DNA of 64,000 nt from Epiperipatus broadwayi (Eukaryota > Animalia > Onychophora). The stretch lies in the NCBI GenBank assembly GCA_028023455.1, contig JAQFVV010000003.1:6696001-6760000 (forward strand). Reading direction: 5' to 3'. The notes under the pieces were generated by a model, which worked only from the letters and a program-made list of their open reading frames with translations, was not told the DNA's origin and did not search any database. A program made the translations under genes and the position numbers. Below, in pieces: positions 40,349 to 52,979 of the stretch (position 1 is the first letter of the stretch; every line of letters starts with the position of its first letter).

Positions 40349-41505
40349 ATTTATAATGGAAATATCCTCACCGAAAGCAGCCTCCAAAGAACAAAATTCT
40401 ACGTCAACATTCAAAAAAGCCTAGGTAAAACATTTGCTTATTTCGTTCTATACTGTAATAGCCATTGCATTGCATTAATTCGTACGAATCTTTCAAGAGT
40501 CTAATTATATGAACTTTATATCATACATAAATGAACTATTGATGTGTGTGATTAAATTTCAAATGCTATGTCGTCCTTTATTATCATTATTATGTGTGTA
40601 CATGAGTTAATATGTGCATGGTCATTATATCAATATTTATTAGTTAAATTAGAGTGTTTTGTTATTAAATCTATAGGAATGTTTAAACTATTTAGAAATG
40701 TTAATTTAAAATATGCGTGTGTTTTATTAGAATTATAAAATGTTTAAGTTTAGTAAATAAATGTTAGTTAATAAATTATCTTTAAAATTAAACTATATTT
40801 GTCGGTCAATTCTTTTTATCAATTCTGTTTAACAAATTCTTTTATTAATTCTTTTAATCACTAATTAAGTATAATCTATAAGTGATTACAAACAGCTGAG
40901 CTAGTCATGGATTTAGGTGTTGGGTTAGTGGCCATTGCTCAAAGTGTGTTATTTATTCATCCTTGAATAGATAGCTGGCGCCCGTGTTTATACACAAACA
41001 AAAAAAAAGTGCTTTGGACGTGGTGTTCAACTCAACAGCCGAGAAGAAGCTATGTCCTGGAAATGTAACGTTAGTTATATACTTTATAGCTATCGTTTGG
41101 GCATACATACTCTCCGAGTATGTTCTTCTCTGCCTAAGAGACCGGTGATTCGAATCCACATATTCGAACACGGTTCAATATATATATATATATAGGGAGT
41201 GTACTAATAGCTCTAACAAGCTTTTTATTCCTAAGTGCTGCAAGAGAAAGCATTCAAACTCTCTATCTAGAATAATTCCTATCCTCAGACCAGTTTTTAG
41301 CTTTTTGTTCATCTCAGTGAGGCACTAGAATATTCAGACTCTAGATCTAAAATACCCAACTCAAAGCCAACACTTATCTAATACATAACTCTTAAATATA
41401 AAATCTGAAATTTTCAGATATATATGGGTCTAAAAACACTTAAGCCTCACCATATATTAATAACCTCAGCAAAGTAACATTGTCAAAGTCTCAAGACAAA
41501 ATTAT

Positions 41506-41740
41506 AATAATCAATAAAATTTAAGTTGAGAGACTGCAAAATCTCTCATGCTCATTACTATAACAGCCAATCAGATCGTAAATACAAGGCAGAATTTAAC
41601 AAGAATAGGGCAGTCCACCCTATTCTCTGTCTTGTATTTATGATCTGATTGGCTGTTATAGTAATGAGCGTGAGAGGTTTTGCAGTCTCTCAACTTAATT
41701 TCAATACTGTTTGCGCTTTATAAAAATAAATAATCAATAA
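41506..41740. mobile_element. Fold-back insertion nested in the array, with 12-bp TSD
   Basis: AATAATCAATAA at 41506-41517 and 41729-41740 flanks a 211-bp insert whose 41519-41700 part is a hairpin (TTAAGTTGAGAGACTGCAAAA... / ...TTTTGCAGTCTCTCAACTTAA). Confidence 0.8.
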
Positions 41741-42532
41741 TGCAAGTCATATATTGTGTGACTTGTTTTAAGCTTGCATTACAGATATGTAATGCAAGAT
41801 GCATACCAATAGGCCTACCAAGCTTTTATTGATAAATGCCACAAGAGAAAGCATTCAAATTTTCTATCTAGAATAATCCCTATCATCAGACTGGTCTTGA
41901 GCTTTTGACTCACCTCAGTGAGGCATTAGAACATTCAGACACTAGATATAAAATATAGCTATTTAAGTTAGATAGCTGGATTTAAGACATTTATGTGTCT
42001 GAAAATTTCAGATTTTCTACTTATTAGTTACAAATTAGATAAGTGATGGCTTTGAGTTGTGTATTTTAGATCCAGTGTGAATGTCCTAGTACCTCACTGA
42101 GTTGAACCAAAAGCTCAAAACTAGTCTGACGATAAGGATTATTCTAGGAAGAGATTTTGAATGCTTTCTCTTGCAGCACTTATCAATAAAAGTTTGTTAG
42201 AGCTATTGGTATGCTCACTCTATTACATATCTGTAATACAAACTTAAAACAAGTCACATGATATATGACATGCATTATTGATTATTATAATTTTTTCCTT
42301 GATGCTTTGATGTTATATTGCTGGTGCTATTAATTAATGGTATATTGCTGATACTATTAATTAATGATGAGGCTGAAGTGTTTTCAGACCCATATACCTA
42401 TTTTAAGTTAGATAGCTGAATGTAAAGAACTTTACATGCCTGTAAATTTCAGATTTTCTACTTAATAGTTAAATATTAGATAAGGGCTAGCTCTGAGTTG
42501 GGTATTTTAGACCTAGTGCTGAAATGTCCTAG

Positions 42533-42574
42533 CATCTCACTAAGGTGATCCAAAAACTCGAAACCAGTCTGAGG
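42533..42574 (+). ncRNA. Hammerhead-like motif in array unit B (only copy retaining GAAA)
   Basis: CATCTCA CTAAGGT GATC CAAAA ACTC GAAA CCAG TC TGAGG. The sister copies show GCTC-AAAA or similar, consistent with CpG decay of C-GAAA. Confidence 0.6.
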
Positions 42575-43137
42575 ATAGGGTTTATTCTAGATAGAGATTT
42601 TGAATGCTTTCTCTTGTGGCACTTATCAATAAAAGCTTGTTAGAGCTATTAGTATGCTCCTTATATTGCATATGTGTAATACAAGCTTAAAACAAGTCAC
42701 ACAATATATGACTTGCTTTATTGATTATTATAATTTTGCCCTTAAGGCTTTGGTGATATTATATTGCTGAGTCTATTAATATATTGTGAGGGTGAAGTGT
42801 TTTCAGACCCATATAGCTATTTAAGTTAGATAGTTGGATTTAAAGACATTTACATGTTTGAAATTTTCCGATTTTTTTACTTAACAGTTACATATTAGAT
42901 AAGTACTGGCTTTGAGTTAGGTATTTTAGATCTAGTGCCTGAATATCTTAGCATCTCACTGAGGTGAGCCAAAAGCTCAAAAACAGTCTGAGAATAGAGT
43001 TTATTCTAGATAGAGATTTTAAATGCTTTCTCTTATGGCACTTATCAATAAAATATTGCTAGATCTATTGGTACACTCCTTATATTACACATCTATAATA
43101 CAAGCTTAAACAAGTCACACAATATATGACTTTCTTT

Positions 43138-43141
<4 letters not shown>

Positions 43142-43192
<51 letters not shown>

Positions 43193-43205
43193 AGAGAGAG
43201 AGAGA
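43142..43205. repeat. (TA)n(AG)n compound microsatellite
   Basis: Directly visible run. Confidence 0.95.
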
Positions 43206-46200
43206 GTACAGCATTAGTAATAATATTATACAGTTGTTTGGTGATGAGGGTTTGAATGGTTTTGTTATTGTTTTATATTTTACATAAGAATGGCTGAATC
43301 CATTTACTAACCAATATTTGATAGTGACTTTGTTGGATAAGATCTAGCTAGCTGCAAAAAGAAATCCATGTCTAATTGAAATTTGAAGTTTTGTTCAGCC
43401 CACATGACAGACGAACATGCTACCAATATATCATGAGGCATTTAAAAATTAATGTTGGAATATACATGTATATACACCATGACTTTAGTTTATATATTTT
43501 CAGCAGAATGTGATGAGTTGTAATCAAGTAAAAATAAACTTCGCCATTTAGACTGAAAAAGAAAATGTAAATAAATCAGTTATATCCACAAATTTGCTTA
43601 ATAAAACATTAAAGTTTAAAGGAAATTTGATAAGCTTCCACTGATAATGCTGCAAAGCCCAATGATGGTTTATTCTATCTTCACTTATAATTTTAGTAGA
43701 AAAACAGTTTTTATTTTCGAATCATCTCCATAAAGATTTATTGCTTATATGATTATTTTAGTTTCTCAAAGTACTAAAACAACATCATTAATTAAACATA
43801 TATTAAGATTGCCTACACACATGTATGGCAAACCTTTGCATATATATATATCAGGGATAAATACATTTAAAAATAAATAGACTTTCAGTAAATGCATTTA
43901 ATTTATTTTTTTGTCTGCAGGTAAATAAAACCACGTGTTAAGATTATTATGGCCAAATAATAATCACCTATCATCATCAGAGATTGTTTTTATTTCTTAC
44001 CATCGTCTTAACATAATTTATTCCATTACCTCAGTATTAAAATATCGAACAGAAATTTTCATATAACAAAAAATTTCAGGTAGACTTATAATGTTTTTAG
44101 AAGTCAACCCGTAGTCTGCTTAGCAAGTCATTCAAGAATATTGTTTTATAAATCATATCTAATTATACCTAACAATTAAACAGTTGACTTTATATAAACC
44201 TGTCAGCTTCCAAATGTAAAATCATTATTTTTCTTGGATTAAATTTGTTAATTAAATAAAATATTTATTACATTTAATCAGCTAACTCATTTTATGTCAT
44301 CATCCAGCCTAGTGAAACAAATGAACATGATATTATAAATAAACATAGATATTTATTACATTTGATTTCAAGGTCTCCTGTGGAAGCCAGAAACTGTGGA
44401 CAATAACAAAGCATATGCAGTTTATATGTTTAACATATATACAAGCTCCTAAAATATAATTTGATTTTAGAAATGTGCACATTAATATATTAACCAAAAA
44501 ATAATTTACACACACACAAAAAAAAAAAAAATACAATAATGTGGTTATGAAAAAATAATAAAGTAATAAATTGCGAGAATAACTAAGCAGCTACATTTTT
44601 AATATATAATAATTCTATAAGTTTATGTTAAATTTTTAAAAGCATCTTTAATATAAGCAAAATATATTTCCCCATTTGACCTGACAGAAAATGTAATAAA
44701 TGAAGGTGCCTAATTTGTATATTTATTCCCCTGAATTTAACACCCATTCATACTATGTAAACAAACATATTTAACACATATAAGGATAAAGTACTTTTAA
44801 TCATTCAATTTAAACAGTTATTTTTAAGAACTTTAAATAAACATTATTTAAAAGTCTATCACATTAAAAAATAACAGGTCATGTGATATGTGACTAATTT
44901 TTATTAGACTTCGTTTAGAATTTAAATTTCCACTGGAACCGTTTCTTGCAATTGATTGTCTGTCATTATCATCTTCCATTCCGCAAAAAAAAATGGCCCT
45001 AATATTATATTAGAAGATTAAACAGCTGATATACTTAGCTAAAGAAACTATTTGAAACCTGTTTACAGCTTTGTTACTTCTCAATCTGATATATCTTTAA
45101 ATAAAGTTCCTGTATCATCTATTAATAGTTATCCAAGTTATTTATTTTTTGTCATTCCATCACTGTAAAGATAAGAAATAAACAGATTGCATAGGTCATT
45201 GCTGAAAAAGGCCTCTTCAATATTTCCCACAAAGGAACAGTAAAAGAAACCACAGAAATCACTTAGAAAATGTTTCATAATTTTTCTTTATCCTTTTATT
45301 AATTAAAAATAAAAATACCAATTACTGACCAATAAATGAACGGCTACATGATTAGCTATGTATTTAGTCACTAGAAATAAAAACTATATGTTTCGTTATA
45401 AATTTACAGCTATAAATTTTACCTGGATTCACTTCAAGGCATAGACATGATAGGAGAATGTGCTAGCCTCTATACTCTAAAGCCTTTCTTTATATATCTT
45501 TTTGCTATTTTTAGCCTAAAACTCATAAACATTATTATAAATTGATAATATTGGTTTCATTGTCTATTTTCATTGCTCACTAATATATTCAATCTTGCAC
45601 CACATCCAAATATCTTTTTTTTTTGGTTGCTTCTTCTAATAGCTCCTTCTTAATATCATCTACTCTGAGGATAAGATCAGTGTACTAATATGTTTGCTTA
45701 AAATTACAGTATTAATGTATTTTCTTCTTTTTTTCTATTTCAATATACACATCTGTTAAAAATAATATTCTCTTCTTAAGAAAATGCATCCTTAATAAAG
45801 AACCCACCCCTCCTCCTAATAAAAATTATGATATAGTTTTAAAAATTTATATGAAAGAATACATTGTGTTATAAAGGTAATAAGCAGAGACAAACTACTA
45901 CTGATATATTCAAATGCTTCATCATCTTAGTATATTTCAGGCAGTCAGAAAATTATTGTATATGTAAAGTACTTTTCTCTCTGTCAAATCCATAGACTCA
46001 CCAATCATAGTTTCAGCAACTCATGATTTGAAAAAACAAAAAATAAAAAAATTGTTTGAATTCATAAATTTTATGGGCACACTTGTATATATGAATGCAG
46101 TTATTCTTTGTTTGTGTGCAAATTTGATATTTTCTCAACATAAAGATTCTAGTTTAGAAAACAAATCAAAATTATTTTAATATTTATTATTTAAATAATA

Positions 46201-46557
46201 TTTTTTTCATCTATTCTTTCATATATTTTCTTGTGACAAAATTTGTTAAGATAGATAAAGATAAAAAAAACAAGCTTTTGATTCTTATTTTACCCCCTAG
46301 CCAAGAATGGCCAAATATTCTTTCACAATCCAATAATAGATGGTTTGCTGAATTGGCTATGAGTTGTTTACTTGTAAAAACAAAATATTAAGCCTGATTA
46401 AAATTCAAATAAGTTTACCTGGCATGGATTTGAACTCAAGTCATGTAATATGACAGGAAGTGTATGGCTATTGCATTATGAGATCTTCAATTTGAAAAAG
46501 CAAGTGAAAAGGCCAACTGCATCTCTTTTAATATCAGTCAGATGGACAGTGCTTAAA

Positions 46558-46699
46558 ACTGAAAATAGGATCTGCTATAGATATTATTGTGCTTGTGATA
46601 ATCCAGACAGCCATGGACAAATAAGTATCCACTAATGTGGTGGAAATCCCCATTTCAAACAAAAGCACAATATTTTATAGTGTTAAACCTATGTTCAGT
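46558..46699. repeat. Imperfect inverted repeat, downstream of a minus-strand B-box-like motif (~46431-46442)
   Basis: ACTGAAAATAGG...TATTGTGCTT pairs with AAGCACAATA...CCTATGTTCAGT; GGATTTGAACTC upstream is the reverse complement of GAGTTCAAATCC. Confidence 0.55.
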
Positions 46700-49600
46700 C
46701 TATGAGGTTACAATCCAGGTTGATGCATAAATGGATTGAATAAAATGTTGAGGTAACTCACTTTTGGCAAAAAATTATATTCAATTGCTTTTTTACTTAC
46801 CTGTTATTAAGATGCCTTTGTGTGATGCTTTGGATTTGTCTAAAATACTGAGGATTCTTCATCACATTCACTCAACACATTTATGATTCTATACATCATT
46901 GGCACTATCCTGAAAAATTGACTTAGACAGCAGGCCAAATTAACTAAGCTTAATAACTTTGATCTGCAGAATAGAAAAACTTCCTTATCCTTAGATATAC
47001 ATAACATCTAAGAAATAGTTTTTGTAGTTTCCAAAAAAAACTTTTTTATAGTCTTAGAAAATTGCACTTTCACTATTGAAATGCTCAATTAAGTTAAGGT
47101 AATATCAAATGGGAAAAATATCACTCTGAATATAAACAATTGCATTATTAGTTGATCAAAAAGTTAAGTAATATTCAAGTACCAAATTGCAGGTTGGGAA
47201 ACAATAGTCCCATTCAACTGACCAAAACTGATAATTATTCAGCTGAGAATCAATTCAGCAACATTTTGCTCTTGAAACCTGCAACTCAATCTATATTACT
47301 GTATCAAATAGCACAGATTTAATATTACTTTGAAAACAAACTAAAATATTCCGTCTAAACGCTGAAAGTATTTTCACATCAAAGATTGAAATGCAGGAAT
47401 AAAACTTTTAATCATTCATGATATAAACAAAAACATCAGATAAAATTTAAAATGATTTATATAGATATTTTATTTTTTTTAAAATATTAATTAAATAATT
47501 TAAGAAGTTTGTTGCTAATATCGCAGGTGTAAGTTTTGATTTTATCAGTGCATAATTCACCTTTAGCTTAATTCTATCACAATCATCCATCAGCCCAGAA
47601 ATCAGACCAACATCCTACACTATCGTTACGTGAGGAAAATACTCTTATTCAAGTAAGCCATATAGCACATGTTACAGTTTAAATTCATAGACACATTAAT
47701 TTTGGATACTCAAACCTAACTTCATGTGTATGAATAGATAAATAAGTGTGTGCGTGCATAAATAAAAGGACGTCAATGATTTGAAATAACTAAAAATCTT
47801 AATAACAATAATTCTTCCATTACCTAGTTATTTTCATCTCTAATATAAAGATAATAAAAATTGTTAAGAGTCTATGACAATATTATGTTCGTAGACACAT
47901 TCATATATGTAGTTATATACATAGCGACATATCTCTGGTCTGATTTTTTTTTTTTTAATATTACTTATACATGTATGTGTATGCACACATTTACATATAC
48001 TTTTATATATAAAAAAAGAATAAGTGTATTTATGTATTCGAATATAATATGGGATAGAATGATTTCTATTTAAAGGTAATCGGGAGTTCTCGGAAATAAA
48101 TACAGTACTAGATCAGACATCTCTTAAAAATAACAATTTGCGAAAACGGACGGTAAGCAGTTAAAAGGAAACATAGAACGAAAATAAATAAAGAGAAAAA
48201 AGAAAGATTTAAACATTATTGTATAATTTTTAACTTTTTTCTCAGTAAATATGAACTAAATTCACAGACATACTCATTATATGTTTGTGACATGAATACC
48301 CATACACACACACACAGAAAAAAAACTTATTTTATTAAAATCGGAACAAACCTGGTAGCATCGTGAAACGCGTTCTTATTTAAAATCCACTGATTTAAAC
48401 CACAAATCTTGTAGACATTAATTTAAGCACACTCTTAAAAAGAAAAAGACGAAGGGGGGAGGGTGAATCCGATTTTATCCACAGGATTTTAAAATTTTCT
48501 TTCAATACATCATCGAAGTAGAATATATATGTTTAAATAAAAGATAGAAGTTTTTACCGATGATATAAAAGAACAGTTAACTTCCAACACGTGGAAAAAA
48601 CACATCAACCCACAAAAGCAAGCTTGATATTTTAAATGGGGCCCAGTTCCTCAACGGTGGTTAATTCACGAGCGTTCAGATTTTACTAATGATTATGGGA
48701 TAGCGTAGGGAGCGTTTCCTCAGTTAAAATCATTACATAACAATAATTTCTTCTAATGTTGAGTCAAATAAATTTAAAAGAGAAAAATGTTTTCCGTTTA
48801 AGAATAAATAAGTTAATTAAATTAATGAAAGCATTAAACAATTATTTTAAAAAGTCAGTAATTGATAAGTGAATAATTAATTAGTTATTTTAAAATGTTG
48901 TGGGTTAGTATTGCTAATGTTATAAAAACAAACATTTTTATTCATAACGGTCTCGTGATGTAGTAGTTAATACAGTAGACAGACCTGAGCTAATATTCAT
49001 ATCTGGAGTTTGATGATTTTAGAGACAGCTCAGGGACTCACATAACCAATTTATAACCAATTTAATTGGCTGTTTAATTTTACTCTTTGGCTTTTGCCCT
49101 ATTGATTGTAATAGCTGTGGCTAGTTGGAATGGCTATGGGTACGCTCTTGAAAAATAAAAAGCTTAAGCCAGCTTAAGCCTGTTCATGGCATAAAAATTT
49201 CAAGGTCTATCCGATTCAAATTCAAGACCTAAGTTGTGACACAGAGTTCTTTTTAAATATTTTTTTGTTGTAATATAAAGTAAAACTCATTATCAATACA
49301 ATTTGATTTATCTTATTATTGCTATTCTTATTTTAAATAATAACAATAACACCAATAATTTAGAAATGTTAATTAAAAAGATAATCTTAATTAACTTAAT
49401 ATTCTAATGAGTGATGAAATGTAATTGACTAGCTAATTGTTCAGAAGTTCGTGTGACATTTAAGCAGCTTTAGCTAAAGTTCAGCACTCTATCGCTGTGT
49501 TAACAGAATGATGCATAATTAATAAGAAAATATTAGGCGAATGCATTATAATTTGATAATATCACTCTTTCAAATACAAAAGCTGCAATGTAAACAATGA

Positions 49601-50392
49601 AAAAAATCATTGGGCCCTAAAAACATGCAGCCATATTACTATAAATTTCTAGATAAATGGCCTTTTCCATAGACTCATTGTTATTAATCTTTCTCTTCCA
49701 AGTGCATTTTTACAGAATAGTCCTGTACCAAACTTAAAATCACTTGTTTAAATAATCTTTCCATACCAAAAACAATTTATACATTTTTCTTTCCTACAAT
49801 ATTATATTACATCTTTTTAGATACTGAAATACATGCATGTACAAACTCAAACAGATTAAGTATAAATAGGGAATATCTGAGAACACATTGATGGATTAAA
49901 TAATGAAGACTAATCATTATCTCTGCCATTTTTAATTATAACAGTCTTATTTTAATGGCATACTGAAAAATATGCATGCTCATACATATAAATTGGAGTG
50001 AATATAAATATTACCAAGTGGATAAATGCATGTAACATCTGTTGTTGTTGCTCTCAGTTTTAATCCCACCATAATACATCAGATTTCTTTTGACAATATA
50101 TTAAACAGCACATATGTGCATGCATATTAAATAGATTGGTGCAGGTAAGAACAGCATATCTTTTCACACACCCTTATTTTTACTCAACTATCACAATTTT
50201 TTTAAATATATTTCACTTTCTTTGCTTTGTTTCTCCATTTTTTACTTTTTCATTGACATACTTCAATTTTTTTAGAACTACATCTTTAGAATTTATATTT
50301 CAAAATATTTTCAAAATGACAATTTTCAATATGAAATTTATTCAAATATAAATACATTTAAGGGGCAAAATTCTTTTTTTCCTTTAATAATA

Positions 50393-50517
50393 TAAACTTA
50401 AGTAATCAAATAGATGTTGGATAATAGAACTTAATAAATCCCTATCCAGTGTTGTTTTATTCATATAAGGATTTATTAAGCACTACCATCCAGCATCTAT
50501 TTCATTACTCAAGTTTA
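50393..50517. repeat. Fold-back inverted repeat, ~53-bp arms
   Basis: TAAACTTAAGTAATCAAATAGATGTTGGATAATAGAACTTAATAAATCCCTAT pairs with ATAAGGATTTATTAAGCACTACCATCCAGCATCTATTTCATTACTCAAGTTTA across a 19-nt loop. Confidence 0.85.
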
Positions 50518-51273
50518 CCTAGGTGAAATAACTGAAGGGAAAGAAAAAGAATTTTATTATTGGAAAGCAAGTGAAAGTTGGAATCACATATGTTTTGTTT
50601 GTATATCAATCCTGCCAGAGTATAGAGATGCCAAAATTATTTAAAAACTAAATATACCATACTATATAGATACTGATCTGTTATCAGAGCTACATGATTA
50701 TACTAGTAAGATAGTTAAAATTAAAAACATTGATGTAGTTTGTTTTTTAATTTGGGAAGGTAGCTTGATATAAAACAAAGAATAAAAACTGACTTCTGGA
50801 GAAAAGATGCACTGGATTCAAAAATGTCCAAGTTCACTATTCCATGAAACAATTTCCTAAATTGATAAAAATATTAAATAGTGCTAACACACTTATAACA
50901 TAAAGCTTTATAAATGAATAGCAATTAACCGATTAAAATGGCTTAGCGCTTCCAAGAAAATATATTTCTAATAATCATAGCCTATTTGGACAAGCATAAA
51001 GCATAAATCTATGATTTATTACTTAAACTGATTAAAAATATCCAAAAAATGAATCTATGATCTGGATAGGGCAGAACTAGATAAAAATTTGTTAAGACTA
51101 TCATCTTGTATCTTTTACCATTCAAGTGTGCACTAAATGGCATAAATGGAGGTAAAAAATTAAATTTTGCTAATGAAAGCATTGTATAAGCTGGGACCAT
51201 ATGATAAATGATCTTCTGTTAATTTCATTAATGTATTTAATGACTATTAATGTATTTAATGACTATATATATA

Positions 51274-52500
51274 CAGGGCCTTTCAGTGAAAATGTGAGAC
51301 CTCGGCCAAGTAATGTTTTAGAGGCCCTTCAAAATTTTAAATAAAATTGTGGACAAAAAAATAAAATGAAAAGCTGAAACTTTCTCACATGTGCTTTTAG
51401 AATGCTTATATGACAGCTGATCAAATGTAATGACGACTGTAAAGGGAGCTCTTAAGTTGCAACACAAGACAGAGATTTTATAAAAAAAAAAGTGGTTCCA
51501 CCTTTCTCTTTACTTAAATTTATATATATATAAGCCAATCTGAAGCAGCTTGACTTAAGAACATGATACTTTAAACATCTTCACATTTAACTCACTGCAT
51601 ATTATTTATAAATCAGCAATGTGAAATCTTTGATTTACTACAAAGTAATTTTTCAGATCTTATGAATTGGTAGTAATGTATGTAAATATTATTTATTAAG
51701 TGCAAGCAGTTCATAATTAAAGTGAAAGGCTGAAAACTTCTCACATGTGCTTTTAGAATGCTTATATGATAGCCAATCAGTCATTACATCTGATTGGCTG
51801 TCATATAAGCATTCTAAAAGCATATGCAAGAAGGTTTCAGCCTTTCACTTTAATTATGAACTGTTTGTGCTTAATAAATAATATTTACAAAAAAATAAAG
51901 TCAATGGTATTTAATATTTTTTGTATCATTACATTTAATTATTTTACAGAAGCTTTATGCACTTTAACATTAGAAAATTCATTGATTATGTCAGAATAGT
52001 CTAAAATATGCCGCTATCTGGTAATTAATGTTGAGTGTTGCTTATTCATTTAATCATTCCTGATACATTGTCAGTTGCAGGTAGTTTTTAATCCTTTTCA
52101 GAATACTAAATGATCTTTTACCTTCTGCTATATTCACAAGCAAAGTTAAAAAATTCAAAGCACAATTGTTATATTAGGAAATATGTTTATGAATCCTATG
52201 TCGATAATTTCCTTAAGTAATTCTGCTGGTTTCGTGCTCAATTTAAAATTGGATTTGTAAACATGCTTCAGCAGTATTAGTTCTTCTACAATTTCATCAC
52301 TTATTTCATTTTTATATTTCTCTAGCAATAATTTTGCCTTTGAAACTATATTCTCTTGATCCACTTCATTAAATTTCCATAAAGCTTCAAAAAAATTGCA
52401 AATTGAAGATATTGTGAAATAGACACGTAAGTCCATCTATTTTTGAATTGATAATTTTGTTAAAAATGTTTAAATGAAAATATTCTTTTTGTTATTTTAA
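51274..52500 (-). mobile_element. hAT DNA transposon 3' remnant (dimerisation domain + probable terminus)
   Basis: Minus strand: ...FPNITIVL*IFLTLLVNIAEGKRSFSILKRIKNYLQLTMYQE*LNE*ATLNIN.../LDYSDIINEFSNVKVHK* (stop at 51939-51941), matching the hATC motif FPN...LRIFLTLP...ERSFS.LKRIK. CAGGGCC at 51274 follows (TA)n and resembles an hAT terminus. Confidence 0.85.
51681..51889. repeat. Fold-back inverted repeat, ~100-bp arms, 9-nt loop
   Basis: TGTAAATATTATTTATTAAG...AGCCAATCAG (51681-51780), loop TCATTACAT, CTGATTGGCT...TTAATAAATAATATTTACA (51790-51889). A third partial copy lies at 51367-51434. Confidence 0.9.
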
Positions 52501-52979
52501 TTTGTTTATGTAATATAACTATTTTTAAATTAATTTATAATATAGGTGTGTGTATGTCCATGTTAAAACTGTCCCTATAAATATATGTGTGTTTAAAAGT
52601 AATGTGTGGTTTTCATATTTAAGACAAAACAATAACAGTTTTGTAAACAAAGCATGAGTTACTATCTATTAATTCATGCCATTCACTAGGAGTTAAAGAA
52701 AACGTGAAAACATAAAGGATGTGATGAATCAATTTTATGCAATAATTTGCAGTTTTAATTGGGTTTACTTTTTCATAAAGGTACCAAATTAAAGCAAATT
52801 TAAAACAATTTTTGCAAATTACATGGTAGAATTAATTACTTTATCTCTTTCTATGCTAAGTAATTTATAAATAGTTATATATATATATATATAATCATTC
52901 CAATATTACTTAGCATACTAAGTAATTTATAAATAGTTATATATATATATATATAATCAGTCCAATAACATAAAAACTT

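Larger units (their letters stand above)
41195..43141. mobile_element. Retrozyme-like array: five ~420-bp units, each with an HHR motif; two on the minus strand and three on the plus strand, diverging near 41955
   Basis: Core positions (C3): minus strand 41317 and 41918; plus strand 42097, 42540 and 42959 (periods 443 and 419). By-eye consensus: CCTA.TG CCTCA CTGAGGT GAGC CAAAA GCTC GAAA CYAG TC TGAGG A TAGG. Both ends abut (TA)n. Confidence 0.85.
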
